Assembly: GCA_963422265.1 (NCBI GenBank)
Contig: OY729416.1
Coordinates: 928,001 to 992,000 of the forward strand
Source: Thermodesulfobacteriota bacterium
GTDB taxonomy: Bacteria; Desulfobacterota_D; UBA1144; Nemesobacterales; UBA2774
Length of the DNA stretch: 64,000 nucleotides
Reading direction: 5' to 3'
Shown one piece after another: positions 1 to 12,186 of this stretch. A program made the translations under genes and the position numbers. The notes under the pieces were generated by a model. It had not been told where the DNA came from. It made no database searches and saw only the letters and a list, made by a program, of their open reading frames with translations. Position 1 is the first letter of the stretch, and each line of letters opens with the position of its first letter.

Positions 1-622
1 TTTTAGCCATTTCCAAATTGTGAGTAACTATAATTGAAGTCATACCATATTCGCCGTTCAACTTTAAGAATAAATCCAGAATAGAAGCACCTGTATATAA
101 ATCCAAGTTTCCAGTAGGCTCATCGGCTAATATAACTTTAGGGCTCAGGACAACTGCTCTAGCAATAGCCACCCTTTGTTGCTCCCCTCCCGAAAGCTCT
201 CCGGGTCTATGATCCAGTCTATCCTTCAAACCCACCCTGTTAAGAACGTTAATTGCCATTTCCTTAGCCTGATCCACGCTAAGCCCGTTTATTAAACAAG
301 GCATCATAACGTTTTCAAGCGCAGTAAACTCGGGTAGGAGATAGTGAAATTGAAAAATGAATCCTATCTCACGGTTTCTAAAGAATGAGATATTACCATC
401 TTTTTGAAAAAACACGTTTTTTTCATCATAATACACCTCTCCATAAGTAGGGCGATCTAAAGTGCCAACTATGTGTAAGAGCGTGCTTTTCCCCGACCCT
501 GAGACCCCTATTATTCCAAGCACCTCGCTGTTTTTAACGTCAAGATCAATTCCCCTTAGAGCTTCGACCTTTCCACCGACGGTGTAGAAGACCTTCCACA
601 AGTCCTGGACTTTAATCTGCAT
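1..622 (-). CDS. lolD: Lipoprotein-releasing ABC transporter ATP-binding subunit (3' end outside the window)
   Basis: Manual translation from ATG 622: MQIKVQDLWKVFYTVGGKVEALRGIDLDV...GVSGSGKST (Walker A), later LSGGEQQRVAIARA and ADEPTGNLD. Lies directly downstream of lolC/E. Confidence 0.9.
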   Translation of the reverse strand, partial: MQIKVQDLWKVFYTVGGKVEALRGIDLDVKNSEVLGIIGVSGSGKSTLLHIVGTLDRPTYGEVYYDEKNVFFQKDGNISFFRNREIGFIFQFHYLLPEFTALENVMMPCLINGLSVDQAKEMAINVLNRVGLKDRLDHRPGELSGGEQQRVAIARAVVLSPKVILADEPTGNLDLYTGASILDLFLKLNGEYGMTSIIVTHNLEMAK

Positions 623-625
623 TAT

Positions 626-1936
626 TTATCCACACCTAATTGCTTCTACTGGATCTTCACGGGATGCCCGAAACGACGGATACAAAGTAGCAACGAAACA
701 TACGATTATACTGGAAAAAGCAACCGTCAAGAAGTAAGCAAGCTCTATTCTAACTGGAAAGTCAGAAATAGGATAGACTTCGGGATCAAAAGGTATTACC
801 TTTCTCACAGCCTCATTCATTTTTAGCAAATAACATATCGCAAGTCCGGTGGCTGTTCCGAGCAAGGTTCCTACAGTTCCGATTACCATACCCTCTGTCA
901 GAAAGATTCTTAAAATCCCCTGTCTTGTTGCTCCCATAGCCCTTAAAATCGCTATATCCTTTCCTTTCTCCATCACCACCATGGTAATAGTGCTAATTAT
1001 ATTCAGAGCTGCCACAAGGATTATAAGTCCGAGTATTATGGCTATGGCAAGTCGCTCTATTCTAAGAGCCTTAAATAAACTTTTATTCGCCTCTTCCCAG
1101 TTTCGCGTGTAATACGGAAAACCCAATATAGAACTCAATTTATTGGAAATATGACTAGCCTGATATATGTCACTGACTTTTAACTCTACGCCCGAGACCT
1201 CTTTATTCATACCGAAAAACCTCATCGCGTCCTTAAGGTCAACATAGGCTATAGACGAATCATACTCTATCATTCCGTAATCAAATATGCTAATCACCTC
1301 AAACCCTTTTACCTTAGCAGTAGCTCCAAAGGGTCCCATTTTCCCAAATGGAGAGACCAAACTGACCGAGTCACCTTCGATAACGCTGAGACTAGCAGCT
1401 AACTCTTTACCAATAATTATCGGGGGACTTCCAGACTCCGTATCCTTACTCAGCCTTTTCAGTATTTCTCCCCCAATCTCTTTAACCTTCTCATCCTTCA
1501 GTTTTCTCTCATCTCTACTCAGCCTGAGGGCGCCCCTTCCAATAGCCTCTTCTATGTTGGTTACTGTGCCGGCAGTTTGTGGGTCAATCCCTCTGATTAC
1601 CGAACCCATCACACCCCCTCCTTCGCTAGCAATCATACCCTGTCCGTAAATAAATGGACTTGCCCCCTCTACCCCAGAAAAATCAAGAGCCTTATCTTTG
1701 ATCTCAGCGTAGCCTTTTATAGGTCCGTCGTAATTAAGCACTACGATGTGGGAACTAACTCCTAATATTTTTTCCCTAAGCTCCTCTTCAAACCCCCCCA
1801 TAACGGCAAGAACAACGTTTAGAGCCATAACCCCTATAAAGACACCCAGAATGGAAATCAATCCTATAACAGAAGTAATCTTTTGCTTTCCCCTCGAGCT
1901 GAGGTATCTAAATCCTATAAAGAATTCGTATCTCAT
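626..1936 (-). CDS. Lipoprotein-releasing ABC transporter permease, LolC/E family
   Basis: RYL N-terminus, [15 protein letters not shown], periplasmic domain, [14 protein letters not shown] and C-terminal [16 protein letters not shown]; followed by lolD. Confidence 0.9.
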   Translation of the reverse strand: MRYEFFIGFRYLSSRGKQKITSVIGLISILGVFIGVMALNVVLAVMGGFEEELREKILGVSSHIVVLNYDGPIKGYAEIKDKALDFSGVEGASPFIYGQGMIASEGGGVMGSVIRGIDPQTAGTVTNIEEAIGRGALRLSRDERKLKDEKVKEIGGEILKRLSKDTESGSPPIIIGKELAASLSVIEGDSVSLVSPFGKMGPFGATAKVKGFEVISIFDYGMIEYDSSIAYVDLKDAMRFFGMNKEVSGVELKVSDIYQASHISNKLSSILGFPYYTRNWEEANKSLFKALRIERLAIAIILGLIILVAALNIISTITMVVMEKGKDIAILRAMGATRQGILRIFLTEGMVIGTVGTLLGTATGLAICYLLKMNEAVRKVIPFDPEVYPISDFPVRIELAYFLTVAFSSIIVCFVATLYPSFRASREDPVEAIRCG

Positions 1937-3417
1937 TCGGGTCTAAGATGCGGGAAAAATATTACTTCTCTTATTGATGGGGAATCTGTAAACAGCATAA
2001 CTAAGCGATCTATACCAATACCAGCACCAGCCGTAGGTGGCATGCCATGCTCAAGCGCCTCTACATAATCCTCGTCCATCTCGTGCGCTTCATCCTCACC
2101 CTTGCTCTTTAGCTCGAGCTGTCTCTGAAATCTCTCCTTTTGGTCAATCGGATCATTAAGCTCTGAAAAGGCATTAGCTATTTCTCGCCCGCAAATATAT
2201 AGCTCGAACCGATCCGTAATATCCGCATCAAGGTCGTTCTTTCTCGCAAGAGGAGACACTTCAAGCGGAAATCCGTAAACAAAAGTGGGATTCATCAACT
2301 CACTGCCGATCACGTTTTCAAAAATCTCCATAATTGCTTTACCCCTTATTCCATTATGTCCAAGCCCCATTGCATTAGCTTTTTCGAAAAGCTTGAACTC
2401 ATCCCTAACTACATCCTCGCCCAAGCTTTCCTCAAGCGACTTGATGACATTGATCCTTCTCCAGGGAGGAGTTAAGTCAATCTCCATATCCTGATACATA
2501 AACCTAAAAGAGCCTTTTATCTCCTGAGCCAGAAAACAGATCAACTCCTCGGTTAATTCCATTAGGTCTTCATAAGTAGCATAAGCCTGGTAAAGCTCAA
2601 TCATCGTAAATTCAGGATTGTGCTGAGTAGAGATTCCCTCGTTTCTAAAGGTTCTCCCAATCTCATATACCCTTTCTATCCCACCTACCACGAGCCTCTT
2701 TAGATAAAGCTCCGGAGCTATCCTCAAATAAAAATCCATATCAAGAGCATTATGATGAGTTTTGAAAGGGCGCGCCGTCGCACCACCCGCTATAGGGTGC
2801 AATATAGGAGTTTCAACTTCGATGTAGTCCTTTTCTCCAAAAAATTTTCTAATTAGCCTTATGATCCTACTCCTTGTTAAGAAAACGCCCTTAATATCCG
2901 AACTAGAAATTAGGTCTAAATAACGCTGTCTATATCTAACCTCCACGTCCTTTAGTCCATGCCACTTTTCAGGTAATGGTCGAAGTGATTTCGTCAATAA
3001 TGAAAATTCCTTAACGTTGACCGTCAACTCCCCGGTTCTTGTCTTGAACAAATTCCCTTTAACCCCTATAAAATCTCCTAAATCAATATACTTCTTAAAT
3101 AACTTAAGCTCTCCCTCACCTAATACGTCCCTTTTCACGTAGCCCTGAACTTTTCCACTTCTATCAGAAATATGAAAGAATGCGCTCTTCCCAAAATCTC
3201 TTATGGCGACAATCCTACCAGCCAAGGAGAATTCTTCCGTCACCTCGTCCAAATCCTCCGGGGAGAGTTCATCGTATTTCGACTTTAGTTGAGAAGCTAG
3301 ATGATCAGGCTTGTAATTATTAGTAAAGGGATTAATTCCTAAAGCTCGCAGTTCCTCTAATTTCTCTTTTCTCTGCTCAAATTGCTCGTTTTCCATAATC
3401 AAACGCAAGGGCTCCAT
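1933..3417 (-). CDS. lysS: Lysine--tRNA ligase (class II)
   Basis: [46 protein letters not shown] motifs. Confidence 0.97.
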   Translation of the reverse strand: MEPLRLIMENEQFEQRKEKLEELRALGINPFTNNYKPDHLASQLKSKYDELSPEDLDEVTEEFSLAGRIVAIRDFGKSAFFHISDRSGKVQGYVKRDVLGEGELKLFKKYIDLGDFIGVKGNLFKTRTGELTVNVKEFSLLTKSLRPLPEKWHGLKDVEVRYRQRYLDLISSSDIKGVFLTRSRIIRLIRKFFGEKDYIEVETPILHPIAGGATARPFKTHHNALDMDFYLRIAPELYLKRLVVGGIERVYEIGRTFRNEGISTQHNPEFTMIELYQAYATYEDLMELTEELICFLAQEIKGSFRFMYQDMEIDLTPPWRRINVIKSLEESLGEDVVRDEFKLFEKANAMGLGHNGIRGKAIMEIFENVIGSELMNPTFVYGFPLEVSPLARKNDLDADITDRFELYICGREIANAFSELNDPIDQKERFQRQLELKSKGEDEAHEMDEDYVEALEHGMPPTAGAGIGIDRLVMLFTDSPSIREVIFFPHLRPE

Positions 3418-3486
3418 AAACTAAAGTGAGAATTAACGTCTAGCGATTATTAGGTAGCCATTTTTGATTTTTTAAGTCATATAAGT

Positions 3487-3894
3487 TCAACGACTCTTAT
3501 GTTCATCAATAATAATATACGTTGCTATAGCCTTAGCAACAAGTTTGCCCTCGTTATAAACGTCAACCTCCGCAGGCACTATTCGCCCTTCCCTTAAAAC
3601 CTTAGCCCGGGCTTCTATAATACCTTCAACTACAGGCGCAAGATAGTTTATTTTCATTTCAATTGTCAAAAAACGCTTCCCCTCCTCAACCATTGCGTAG
3701 ATCGCAACGGCGACGGCAGAATCAGCAAGCGCAAACAACGCCCCACCGTGCACCATTCCGTAAGGCTGCGTTATCTTCTCATCAAACTTCATATTAAGAT
3801 TAGCGTATCCTGGCTTCATTTCCACAATCTCGATACCCAACAAATCCCATATTGGCACATTCAAAAAGTCCACCTTATCCTTATTGCGTTTCAT
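3487..3894 (-). CDS. PaaI-family hotdog-fold thioesterase
   Basis: GMVHGGALFALAD motif and TIEMKINYLAP. Confidence 0.85.
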   Translation of the reverse strand: MKRNKDKVDFLNVPIWDLLGIEIVEMKPGYANLNMKFDEKITQPYGMVHGGALFALADSAVAVAIYAMVEEGKRFLTIEMKINYLAPVVEGIIEARAKVLREGRIVPAEVDVYNEGKLVAKAIATYIIIDEHKSR

Positions 3895-3967
3895 TGTAAC
3901 CCTCCTTAACCGTCAACTTAGAGCAAGCTACCAATAACTATCTATAATTAAAAGCGACTTGCTCATA

Positions 3968-5167
3968 TTATCTTGATTCAGGAACACTCCGCCCACCCCA
4001 AAAAATAAATGCCAAAAATCCGACTAAACATACAATCCCTGCAAACCCAAACATCGCGTTAAATCCCCAGAGTTCAGCCGCCACGCCGTAAGCAAATACC
4101 CCTAGCGTTCCACCTAGGGTAAAGGCAACGCTACATATTGATATAGCCTTACCCCTATCAATCTCAGGAGAAATATCTATAACTAGCGCATATATGGCGG
4201 GGTAGAAAACCCCGTGCCCAATACCCAATAGTATCCCGGACATTATCAGAGTGGACCCACCCGACGCTAGGCTTAGTCCAAATACGCCCAGCGCAAATAG
4301 AAGTAATGCAGGGACCCCTGCTCTCTTTCTACCGTATTTGTCGGGTATCCATCCACCAAAGATTCTTACGACAAGAACGGCAATCGTGTAGGTTATAAAG
4401 AAAAACTCAAACGCTTCTACCCCAATCCTTCTTGCAAACACGGGGACGAAAGTAAATACGGTTATGAAACCGCTACCTGCAACCATTAGCGTAAATGCTG
4501 AAACTAATACGCCCCTTCCGAAAAGTACCTTAAAAAAACCGCGCCCCTGAGTATCACTCTCAATGCGTCTCTCGGGTTCTTTTATAAACAGAGCTACCAC
4601 AAAAGCCAATAATCCAAATGCAAAATCAAACACAAAAAAATTGGAAAAACTATACATATCCACGATGACTTTTCCCACAAAAGGGGCAACCGCGACGTTT
4701 ATTATGCTACAAATACCGAATACCCCCATAGCCTGACTCCTCTTTAGCGGAGAAGACACGTCAGCTATAAGCGTCCCTGCAGAAATAAAACAAAGAGACA
4801 AGGCTGCACCGTGTAACACGCGGAGGACAGGAAATAGTAGATTTAACGTATGAAAATACGCAAAAGGCAGGGTGGCTATAGCCATAAGCAAGCCTCCAGA
4901 CACCAAGAACCACTTTCTTCCAAAACGATCCACGGATATCCCAGCCATCGGGGTGGTTATAACCGTTGCCATTGTCGCCGCTCCCATGATAAACCCGATT
5001 GTGGACTCATCCCCGCCAAGCTCCTCTATTCTCACTGGTAGTAAAATAAAGGAGTGATAGGTGAAGAAGAATGCAAATGATGAGAGGGTAATTAAAATAA
5101 AGTCTCTATTCAAAAGAGGTTTTAGCTCGTTGTTAAATTCTTTTGAGTTATATGTGTTCTGAGACAT
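3968..5167 (-). CDS. MFS transporter
   Basis: About 12 hydrophobic segments; motif A in both halves (DRFGRK, DKYGRK). Confidence 0.9.
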   Translation of the reverse strand: MSQNTYNSKEFNNELKPLLNRDFILITLSSFAFFFTYHSFILLPVRIEELGGDESTIGFIMGAATMATVITTPMAGISVDRFGRKWFLVSGGLLMAIATLPFAYFHTLNLLFPVLRVLHGAALSLCFISAGTLIADVSSPLKRSQAMGVFGICSIINVAVAPFVGKVIVDMYSFSNFFVFDFAFGLLAFVVALFIKEPERRIESDTQGRGFFKVLFGRGVLVSAFTLMVAGSGFITVFTFVPVFARRIGVEAFEFFFITYTIAVLVVRIFGGWIPDKYGRKRAGVPALLLFALGVFGLSLASGGSTLIMSGILLGIGHGVFYPAIYALVIDISPEIDRGKAISICSVAFTLGGTLGVFAYGVAAELWGFNAMFGFAGIVCLVGFLAFIFWGGRSVPESR

Positions 5168-5255
5168 TACCGTAAGGGCTGAAATATAAACCCATATTAA
5201 GAAAACAAATGGTTCGGGTTATTTCCCCCGGGAATAATATCTAGACTGAGCAGCT

Positions 5256-6539
5256 CTAAGCTGAAAAAACTACTTTCCCGTTTACAATCGTGTATAGAAC
5301 TGCCCCTAATATTTCCCATCCATGAAAAGGGGTGTTTCTTGCCTTAGAACGGAATTCCTCTCTGTTTACAGTAACGTTTTTATTGGCGTCAAAAACCACC
5401 ACGTCTGCCTCTGCACCGAGCTTTAGTGTTCCTTTTCTTAGGTTAAGAATCCGCGAGGGCTCATCTGTGAGTTTGCCGATCATTTCATTAACCGTGAGAA
5501 CGCCGTCATGAACAAGCCTAAGAGAAAGGGGCAAAGCGGTCTCAAGGCCTACTATGCCAAATGGAGCAAGATCAAATTCTGCCTTCTTTTCATCCTCACT
5601 ATGGGGTGCGTGATCAGTCGCTATTGCGTCTATTGTTCCATCCTTAAGTCCTTCTATCACGGCGTCTCTATCCAGTTCACCTCTGAGCGGGGGGTTCATC
5701 TTTGCATTCGTATCGTATCCTTTCACCGACTTGTCCGTTAATGTAAAATGATGAGGCGTCACCTCAGCCGTAACGTTTACTCCCCTGGCTTTGGCAGCCC
5801 TTATCAATCTAACGGCACCCTCGGTTGAGACATGACACACGTGAAGGCGGGACCCCGTAAGTTCGGCGACCATTATATCACGCGACACCATAACGTCCTC
5901 TGAAGCACACGGAATGCCTTCTAAACCAAGAAGTGTAGACGCTTCACCTTCGTTAATCACTCCCTTGCCAGATAGATTCTTGTCCTCCGCATGAGAAATC
6001 ACTGGTATATTAAAAGCCTTTACGTATTCCATAGCGTGGCGCATTACCTTAGAATTCATCACTGGCATACCGTCATCGGACACGCCTACGCATCCGGCGT
6101 CATACATCTCACCTATCTGAGCCAGAGTCTCGCCTCCTTGAGCCTTTGTAATCGCCCCTATAGGAAAAACATTTACAACTCCCTCCGTGCGCGCCTTTAA
6201 GAGAATATATTCGGTTACGGAAGCGTTATCATTTACAGGACTAGTGTTGGGCATACAAACTATAGAAGTAAATCCCCCAGCGGCGGCGGCTTCACAACCC
6301 GTCCGAATAGTTTCTTTATGCTCGTATCCCGGCTCACGCAGATGAACGTGCATATCTACAAAACCGGGTGATACGATTTTACCTCTAGCATCTATCACCC
6401 TTACGTCGGTGTTCTGCTCTAACCTGCGGGTACTAGAAGGATACGATTTAATTATCCCTTCTTCTACAAAAACGTTACCGATTCTATCAATTCCCTGAGA
6501 GGGATCTATTATACGCCCCTCCCTGATTAGTATGCTCAA
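5256..6539 (-). CDS. pyrC: Dihydroorotase
   Basis: [28 protein letters not shown]; in operon with pyrB. Confidence 0.95.
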   Translation of the reverse strand: MSILIREGRIIDPSQGIDRIGNVFVEEGIIKSYPSSTRRLEQNTDVRVIDARGKIVSPGFVDMHVHLREPGYEHKETIRTGCEAAAAGGFTSIVCMPNTSPVNDNASVTEYILLKARTEGVVNVFPIGAITKAQGGETLAQIGEMYDAGCVGVSDDGMPVMNSKVMRHAMEYVKAFNIPVISHAEDKNLSGKGVINEGEASTLLGLEGIPCASEDVMVSRDIMVAELTGSRLHVCHVSTEGAVRLIRAAKARGVNVTAEVTPHHFTLTDKSVKGYDTNAKMNPPLRGELDRDAVIEGLKDGTIDAIATDHAPHSEDEKKAEFDLAPFGIVGLETALPLSLRLVHDGVLTVNEMIGKLTDEPSRILNLRKGTLKLGAEADVVVFDANKNVTVNREEFRSKARNTPFHGWEILGAVLYTIVNGKVVFSA

Positions 6540-7474
6540 TTCCCCCTCCCCGCTGAAGCGACTAGAACAAACATTGCCATCCTGACTGCGATCCCATTCG
6601 ATACCTGATCAAGAATTACCGAACCAGCGTGATCGGCGATATCCGAAGAGAGTTCAACACCCCTGTTTATAGGTCCAGGGTGCATGACCGTAACATTTTT
6701 ATCGGCGAGTTGTAGCCTTTCCCGAGTGAGTCCGTAGAATCTGGAATACTCTCTAAGGGATGGGAAATACTCAGAGTTCTGGCGCTCCAACTGAATCCGC
6801 AGCATAATAACAACGTCCACACCCTGCATCGCCTCGTCCAAATTATAGTAAGTCCGCACGCCCACGTTTTCAACATAGGTTGGGATTAGCGTAGGCGGAC
6901 CAACTACCCTTACCTCGGCTCCAAGTTTTATCAAGCCCCAGATGTTAGATCTGGCAACTCGGCTATGAAGAATATCTCCTACAATAGCCACTTTAAGACC
7001 TCCAATCCCTCCTTTTATTTTCCTAATTGTATAAAGATCAAGAAGCGCTTGGCTTGGATGCTCATGAGATCCGTCTCCCGCATTAATAATTGAAGAGTCT
7101 AACTCCTTAGCCAGCAACCACGGAGCGCCTGATATCGGGTGCCGTATAACGATTATGCTTGCGCCCATAGCCTCCAGGTTTCTTGCAGTATCAAGCAAAT
7201 TCTCTCCCTTTACAACACTGCTATGAGACAACGTAAAATTAAGCACGTCCGCGCTTAGTCTTTTTTCGGCAATTTCAAAAGATGACCTTGTCCTTGTACT
7301 CGGTTCATAGAATAGATTGCAAACCGTAATACCTCGAAGCGTCGGGACTTTTTTAATGTCTCGCTCGGTTATTTCCTTCATAGATTCCGCAGTATCCAGG
7401 ACGAGCGTTATCTCCTCTGTAGTTAATTCTTCAAGTCCCAATATGTGTTTACGATTGAACGTCATGCTATCCAT
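6536..7474 (-). CDS. pyrB: Aspartate carbamoyltransferase catalytic subunit
   Basis: [38 protein letters not shown]. Confidence 0.97.
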   Translation of the reverse strand: MDSMTFNRKHILGLEELTTEEITLVLDTAESMKEITERDIKKVPTLRGITVCNLFYEPSTRTRSSFEIAEKRLSADVLNFTLSHSSVVKGENLLDTARNLEAMGASIIVIRHPISGAPWLLAKELDSSIINAGDGSHEHPSQALLDLYTIRKIKGGIGGLKVAIVGDILHSRVARSNIWGLIKLGAEVRVVGPPTLIPTYVENVGVRTYYNLDEAMQGVDVVIMLRIQLERQNSEYFPSLREYSRFYGLTRERLQLADKNVTVMHPGPINRGVELSSDIADHAGSVILDQVSNGIAVRMAMFVLVASAGRGN

Positions 7475-8000
7475 TGCTTATTACTACTTCATCCCGCTTG
7501 TCAGTCTCTTTTACACGCACCCTGACTTTTTCGGTAGCCGAAGTGCTTACAACGCAACCAACGTAATCAGGCTGGATCGGAAGCTCCCTGTGTCCCCTGT
7601 CAACCAGTGCTACGAGCTGTATTGAAGATGGTCTCCCAAAATCCATTATTTCCTCAAGTGCAGCCCTGGTCGTCCTACCGGTATATACCACGTCATCAAC
7701 GAGTATTACCTCCTTGCCTTCTACGGAAAACGGTATCTCGGTTTTTTCTACCTTAGGCCACTCCGTTTTTCGTCTAAAATCATCCCTATAAAGCGTTATA
7801 TCCAAAGTTCCGAGCCGTGGTCTTACACCTTCAAGCACCTCAACCCTATCCGCTATCCTCTTAGCTACATGAACGCCTCTTGTTCTTATCCCTATAATCA
7901 CAACGTTCTTGGCGCCTTTATTTCTCTTGAGTATTTCATCCGTGATTCTGTATAAAGTTTGGTTTATTGAGTAAGAATCCATAATAATTTTATTAGGCAT
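7467..8000 (-). CDS. pyrR: Pyrimidine regulatory protein / uracil phosphoribosyltransferase
   Basis: [41 protein letters not shown]; first gene of pyrR-pyrB-pyrC. Confidence 0.95.
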   Translation of the reverse strand: MPNKIIMDSYSINQTLYRITDEILKRNKGAKNVVIIGIRTRGVHVAKRIADRVEVLEGVRPRLGTLDITLYRDDFRRKTEWPKVEKTEIPFSVEGKEVILVDDVVYTGRTTRAALEEIMDFGRPSSIQLVALVDRGHRELPIQPDYVGCVVSTSATEKVRVRVKETDKRDEVVISNG

Positions 8001-8273
8001 AATAAGATTTCACTGATAAATCTACTTAGAGTTACATTTCAATAGTCAATAGCATTTCGCTTAATTACAAGTGAACTCAGAAAAGACTCCCTTTTGGCTA
8101 CACTACACCACCTGAATAGTCACCCAGAATTCATTAATGAGTTCAGAATGACGCGAGAACATATCAAATTCTCCCACTAGACTTTTATCTTCGACAAAAC
8201 ACTTGGGGATGTGCCTACATAATCTGCAGACATAAGAATGAAGGAAAATGATGCCCTCCCTCAATTCATCCAT

Positions 8274-9239
8274 CTAATTAATACTCGACAGAATCCTATG
8301 CCACCTTACTTTGTTAAATATAGATGGGTTACCAAAATCCCACGACCAATGAACAATAAACGCCTTACCTGCAATATTTTCTATCGGGACAAAGCCCCAG
8401 AACCTGCTGTCCTGACTGTTGTCTCTATTATCGCCCATTACAAACACGCTACCCTCAGGCACGATTGCGGGAATCCTATTCCCCTTGTTAGTATATTCTC
8501 TACCTTGTCTAAAGATCACGGTATGATTTTCGCCGAAAAGATTCTCCCTGTATTCATCGAATCTCCCGCTATTTCTTTCATCAACATAGGAACCCATGAA
8601 TTCCAGCGTTACTTTATTTGCATTTACATATAAATGCCTACCCTGTAAATCAACTCGATCTCCGGCGACGCCTATAACCCTCTTTATGTAGTAAGTGCCT
8701 CTTTTCGATGGATCTCCTTCATTGTTAGGATAAGTAAACACTATCACATCCCCTCGCTTTATCTCGTCAATTGGAAAGAACACGCTGTCTGTAAAAGGAA
8801 TCTTAGTGCCGTAAACGAACTTATTGACAAACAGGTGGTCACCTACGAGAAGAGTTGGGATCATAGAGCTAGATGGGATCTTAAAAGGCTGTAAAACAAA
8901 AGTTCTGATAACAAGAGCGAGAGCCAATGCAAAAACAAGCGCCTCAACGTTTTGCCTTAGTTTTGATTTCATAAATTTAGAGAGATAATCATCGGAGAAG
9001 CTCTCAAGATCAGCCGTTTTCCTAATAATCTCTTCCACGTCGTCCCCCGACATAGCCAATTCTAACTTGTCTATTCCGCGCTTTATCACGGATGCTGACG
9101 CAGGGTTTATATTAGAACTGTTTTTTTTTAAAACTACTTTTGTCCGAGAGATAACCCGTTTGGCTTTTTCCCTTACCTTAGAAGCTTTTGACGATGAAAT
9201 TAGCATAATAGAACTTGAGTATAAACGGCGATCTAGCAC
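8274..9239 (-). CDS. lepB: Signal peptidase I with N-terminal helical extension (exact start uncertain)
   Basis: IPSSSMIPTL (catalytic Ser), YIKRVIG (catalytic Lys), GDNRDNSQDSRFWG. Confidence 0.93.
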   Translation of the reverse strand: MLDRRLYSSSIMLISSSKASKVREKAKRVISRTKVVLKKNSSNINPASASVIKRGIDKLELAMSGDDVEEIIRKTADLESFSDDYLSKFMKSKLRQNVEALVFALALALVIRTFVLQPFKIPSSSMIPTLLVGDHLFVNKFVYGTKIPFTDSVFFPIDEIKRGDVIVFTYPNNEGDPSKRGTYYIKRVIGVAGDRVDLQGRHLYVNANKVTLEFMGSYVDERNSGRFDEYRENLFGENHTVIFRQGREYTNKGNRIPAIVPEGSVFVMGDNRDNSQDSRFWGFVPIENIAGKAFIVHWSWDFGNPSIFNKVRWHRILSSIN

Positions 9240-9306
9240 GTTTCAATACTTTTGGACAGGTTCACAATACGCACCGAGAAAAACCCGTCCGAACTTTTAC
9301 AATTAA

Positions 9307-11469
9307 CTACCTGTTTTCCAACTCCTGCATTCTGACTACGGATTTCACGCCTTTTACCCGCTTTATGGATTTGATAACGCGCTCGAGCTGGGTTAAGCCA
9401 GACACCACCACGTCAAAAGTGCCTATAGCATCATCTAAATCGGTCGAATGCATCTCAGCCTTAGAGATATTGACGTCCAAAGAAGTGAACGAGTCCGTAA
9501 TGTTAGATAGAATACCGGGACGATCAATGCCCTTGACCAACAACCTCGCTGGTCTGGCGCCTTTGAAATCTCCATCCCACTTAACGTCTATTCTCCTCTC
9601 GTGATCTACTTCAAGAAGTTTAGGGCAATTGTTTTTATGTACGGTTATTCCCTTTCCCCTCGTTATGTAACCTACTATGTCCTCTTCAGGCAAAGGAGAG
9701 CAACATCTACCAAATTTTATCATAACGTCGCTATAGCCACTTATAAGCACACCGTCGTCGCTCGAACTGGTAATAGTGTTTATTATCTTCTCTATCCTAG
9801 AATCTCTCTCGGAAGGAGAATTAGCCTTATCAACGGGAGCGACTCTTTTGAAAAGATCCGTCGCCGATACTTTTCCGAAACCCACCGCTAGATAAAAATC
9901 CTTGACGTCCTTATATCTTAGAGCCTCCAACGCGGATTCAAGACTACCCTCTCTCAACATGGACTGAAAATCAAGCCCATGCCGCTTAAACTTCCTTTCA
10001 CAGATAGATTTTCCAACAATCTCAGACTGACTTCTTTCCCGATCCCTAAGCCACGAGCGGATTTTCGTTTTGGATCCAGAGGTAACGACGAATTTCAACC
10101 AATCCCTGCTAGGATGACGGTTAGCGGAGGTTACTATTTCAACCTTGTCTCCAGTATTTAACTGATGATTTAGCGGCACAAGCTTGCCATTTACCAGCGC
10201 TCTAGCACAGGTATTTCCTACTTCAGTATGAACTGAATACGCAAAATCAACCGGCGTTGCGCCACTGGGAAGCTCTTTAAGATCGCCCCTTGGAGTAAAA
10301 ACGTAAACTACGTTCGGTATCAGTTCTCCTTTTATCGCTTCCATATACTCAGTCGGATCCTTAATATCTTTCCACTCAAGAAGCTGCCTAAGGGTAGAAT
10401 AAACCTCATACGAGGCACTACTCTCAATTCCATCCTCTTTGTATTTCCAGTGAGAAGCAACGCCGTATTCCGCCACTTCGTGCATAGCTCGAGTCCTAAT
10501 CTGCACTTCCATTCTGTGACCGAAGGGACCCAATACGGTCGTATGCAGCGATTGGTAACCATTTCCCTTGGGAAGGGCAATGTAATCCTTGAAACGCCCG
10601 GGTACCGGCTTCCATGAAGAATGCACGGCGCCTAGGGCTTGGTAGCATTCTTTTACCGAACTGATAATGACCCTAAACGCTATAATGTCATGGACGTTAT
10701 CAAACTCAAGGTTCTGTGCGTGCATTTTCTGATAAACCCCGTAAAGATGCTTGAACCTTCCTGTAACTTCAGAGTTAATGTCAAATTCCATAAGCTTTTC
10801 GGCGATAATTCTTTTAGTCTCATCTACGTGTCTTCCCCATTCCTTTTTCTTTTCGGTTATTAGTTTAGAAAGCCCTTGATAGTCTTCAGGATGTAGAAAA
10901 CAGAACGATAAATCTTCAAGATCGTTAGTAACCCAATTGATACTAAGTCTATGCGACAGCGGTGCGTATATATCTAAAGTCTCACTAGCTATCTTCTTTC
11001 GACTGTCAGCGGAAAGGTACTCAAGAGTGCGCATATTATGAAGCCGGTCGGCAAGCTTAACCAGCACTACCCTTATATCCTTCGCGGTCGCCAATATCAA
11101 TTTCCTGAATCCTTCGGCTTGGCGCTCTATATTAGAGGAATGAGGCAATTGGCTTATTTTTGTTACGCCGTCAACCAAAAAAGCAATCTCACTACCGAAT
11201 AAAGATTCAATTTCTTCAATCGTCGCAAGCGTGTCCTCAACGGTGTCGTGAAGTAACCCGGTTACAATAGATGAAATATCAAGCTTCATTAGAGCGAGTA
11301 TGCCGCTTACTTCTAGAGGATGGTTCAGATATGGCTCGCCTGATCTACGCTTCTGTCCAGCGTGAACCTTTGCAGAATAGACGTAAGCCTTATTTATAAG
11401 GTCTTTATCACTTTTGCTTAGATGAAGATACGAATTAGCCTGCTCTATAATATCGTTAAGCCTAATCAC
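9307..11469 (-). CDS. Bifunctional (p)ppGpp synthetase/hydrolase, long RelA/SpoT homologue
   Basis: Intact HD motif (LLHDTVEDT), KLADRLHNMRT, RFKDYIA, YQSLHT, TGS domain (DFAYSVHT), C-terminal ACT domain. Confidence 0.95.
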   Translation of the reverse strand: MIRLNDIIEQANSYLHLSKSDKDLINKAYVYSAKVHAGQKRRSGEPYLNHPLEVSGILALMKLDISSIVTGLLHDTVEDTLATIEEIESLFGSEIAFLVDGVTKISQLPHSSNIERQAEGFRKLILATAKDIRVVLVKLADRLHNMRTLEYLSADSRKKIASETLDIYAPLSHRLSINWVTNDLEDLSFCFLHPEDYQGLSKLITEKKKEWGRHVDETKRIIAEKLMEFDINSEVTGRFKHLYGVYQKMHAQNLEFDNVHDIIAFRVIISSVKECYQALGAVHSSWKPVPGRFKDYIALPKGNGYQSLHTTVLGPFGHRMEVQIRTRAMHEVAEYGVASHWKYKEDGIESSASYEVYSTLRQLLEWKDIKDPTEYMEAIKGELIPNVVYVFTPRGDLKELPSGATPVDFAYSVHTEVGNTCARALVNGKLVPLNHQLNTGDKVEIVTSANRHPSRDWLKFVVTSGSKTKIRSWLRDRERSQSEIVGKSICERKFKRHGLDFQSMLREGSLESALEALRYKDVKDFYLAVGFGKVSATDLFKRVAPVDKANSPSERDSRIEKIINTITSSSDDGVLISGYSDVMIKFGRCCSPLPEEDIVGYITRGKGITVHKNNCPKLLEVDHERRIDVKWDGDFKGARPARLLVKGIDRPGILSNITDSFTSLDVNISKAEMHSTDLDDAIGTFDVVVSGLTQLERVIKSIKRVKGVKSVVRMQELENR

Positions 11470-11478
11470 TACTTTTCC

Positions 11479-12111
11479 CTAAGGTTTGGAAGCTTCTCCA
11501 AAAAATTTTCTCCAGACAATATCCGAAACCCTATTGGCTTCGCATCTCGCGGATACTATTATCGACGATAGGGTATCAGCCGTTTTATCCAAGTCGTCGT
11601 TCACTATAATATAATCATATTTATGTACATCTCGCATTTCCTGACGCACCTTTGAAAGACGCCTATTGATTTCCGCGTCGTTGTCGCTCCCTCGCTCTAC
11701 AAGCCTTTCTCTCAAAATCTCAAAAGACGAAGGCAATATAAAACAAAGAACCGCCAAACTGTAGTTCTTTCTTATTTGTCTCGCCCCCTGCACGTCTATG
11801 TCAAGCAGTAGATCAATCCCTGTTGACTTTGCCATACCAAATTGTTCTAAAGGGGTTCCATAATAATTGTTATGCACTTTAGCGTATTCAACAAAATAAT
11901 TGTCTTTTACCATCCTACCAAACTCCGTCTCGGAAACAAATCTATAATCCTTTCCGTCCACCTCCCCCTCTCTTGGAATCCGAGTTGTATATGAAACGGA
12001 GAAGCTGAGGTTACTGTGCCTTTCAAGGGCTCTCTGGGCAAGCGTAGTCTTACCACCACCAGAGGGACCCGAAAGCACAAATATAATTCCTTCTCGCACG
12101 TTGTTTATCAT
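11479..12111 (-). CDS. gmk: Guanylate kinase
   Basis: GPSGGGKTT, SYTTRIPREGEVDGKDY, LDIDVQGA. Confidence 0.95.
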   Translation of the reverse strand: MINNVREGIIFVLSGPSGGGKTTLAQRALERHSNLSFSVSYTTRIPREGEVDGKDYRFVSETEFGRMVKDNYFVEYAKVHNNYYGTPLEQFGMAKSTGIDLLLDIDVQGARQIRKNYSLAVLCFILPSSFEILRERLVERGSDNDAEINRRLSKVRQEMRDVHKYDYIIVNDDLDKTADTLSSIIVSARCEANRVSDIVWRKFFGEASKP

Positions 12112-12186
12112 CTCTACCTGATCCCTACTTAAAAGTGTGCAGGAACGTGACTTTCATATAGCCCGTCCTTTCACCAACGACATTAC

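Noticed and set aside
8001-8273. PyrR attenuator upstream of pyrR
   Set aside because: Only short inverted repeats (TGAACTCA/TGAGTTCA); no recognisable PyrR-binding loop or terminator/antiterminator pair.
11469-11479. Absence of rpoZ between gmk and rel
   Set aside because: Gene order here varies widely between lineages; not informative without the rest of the genome.
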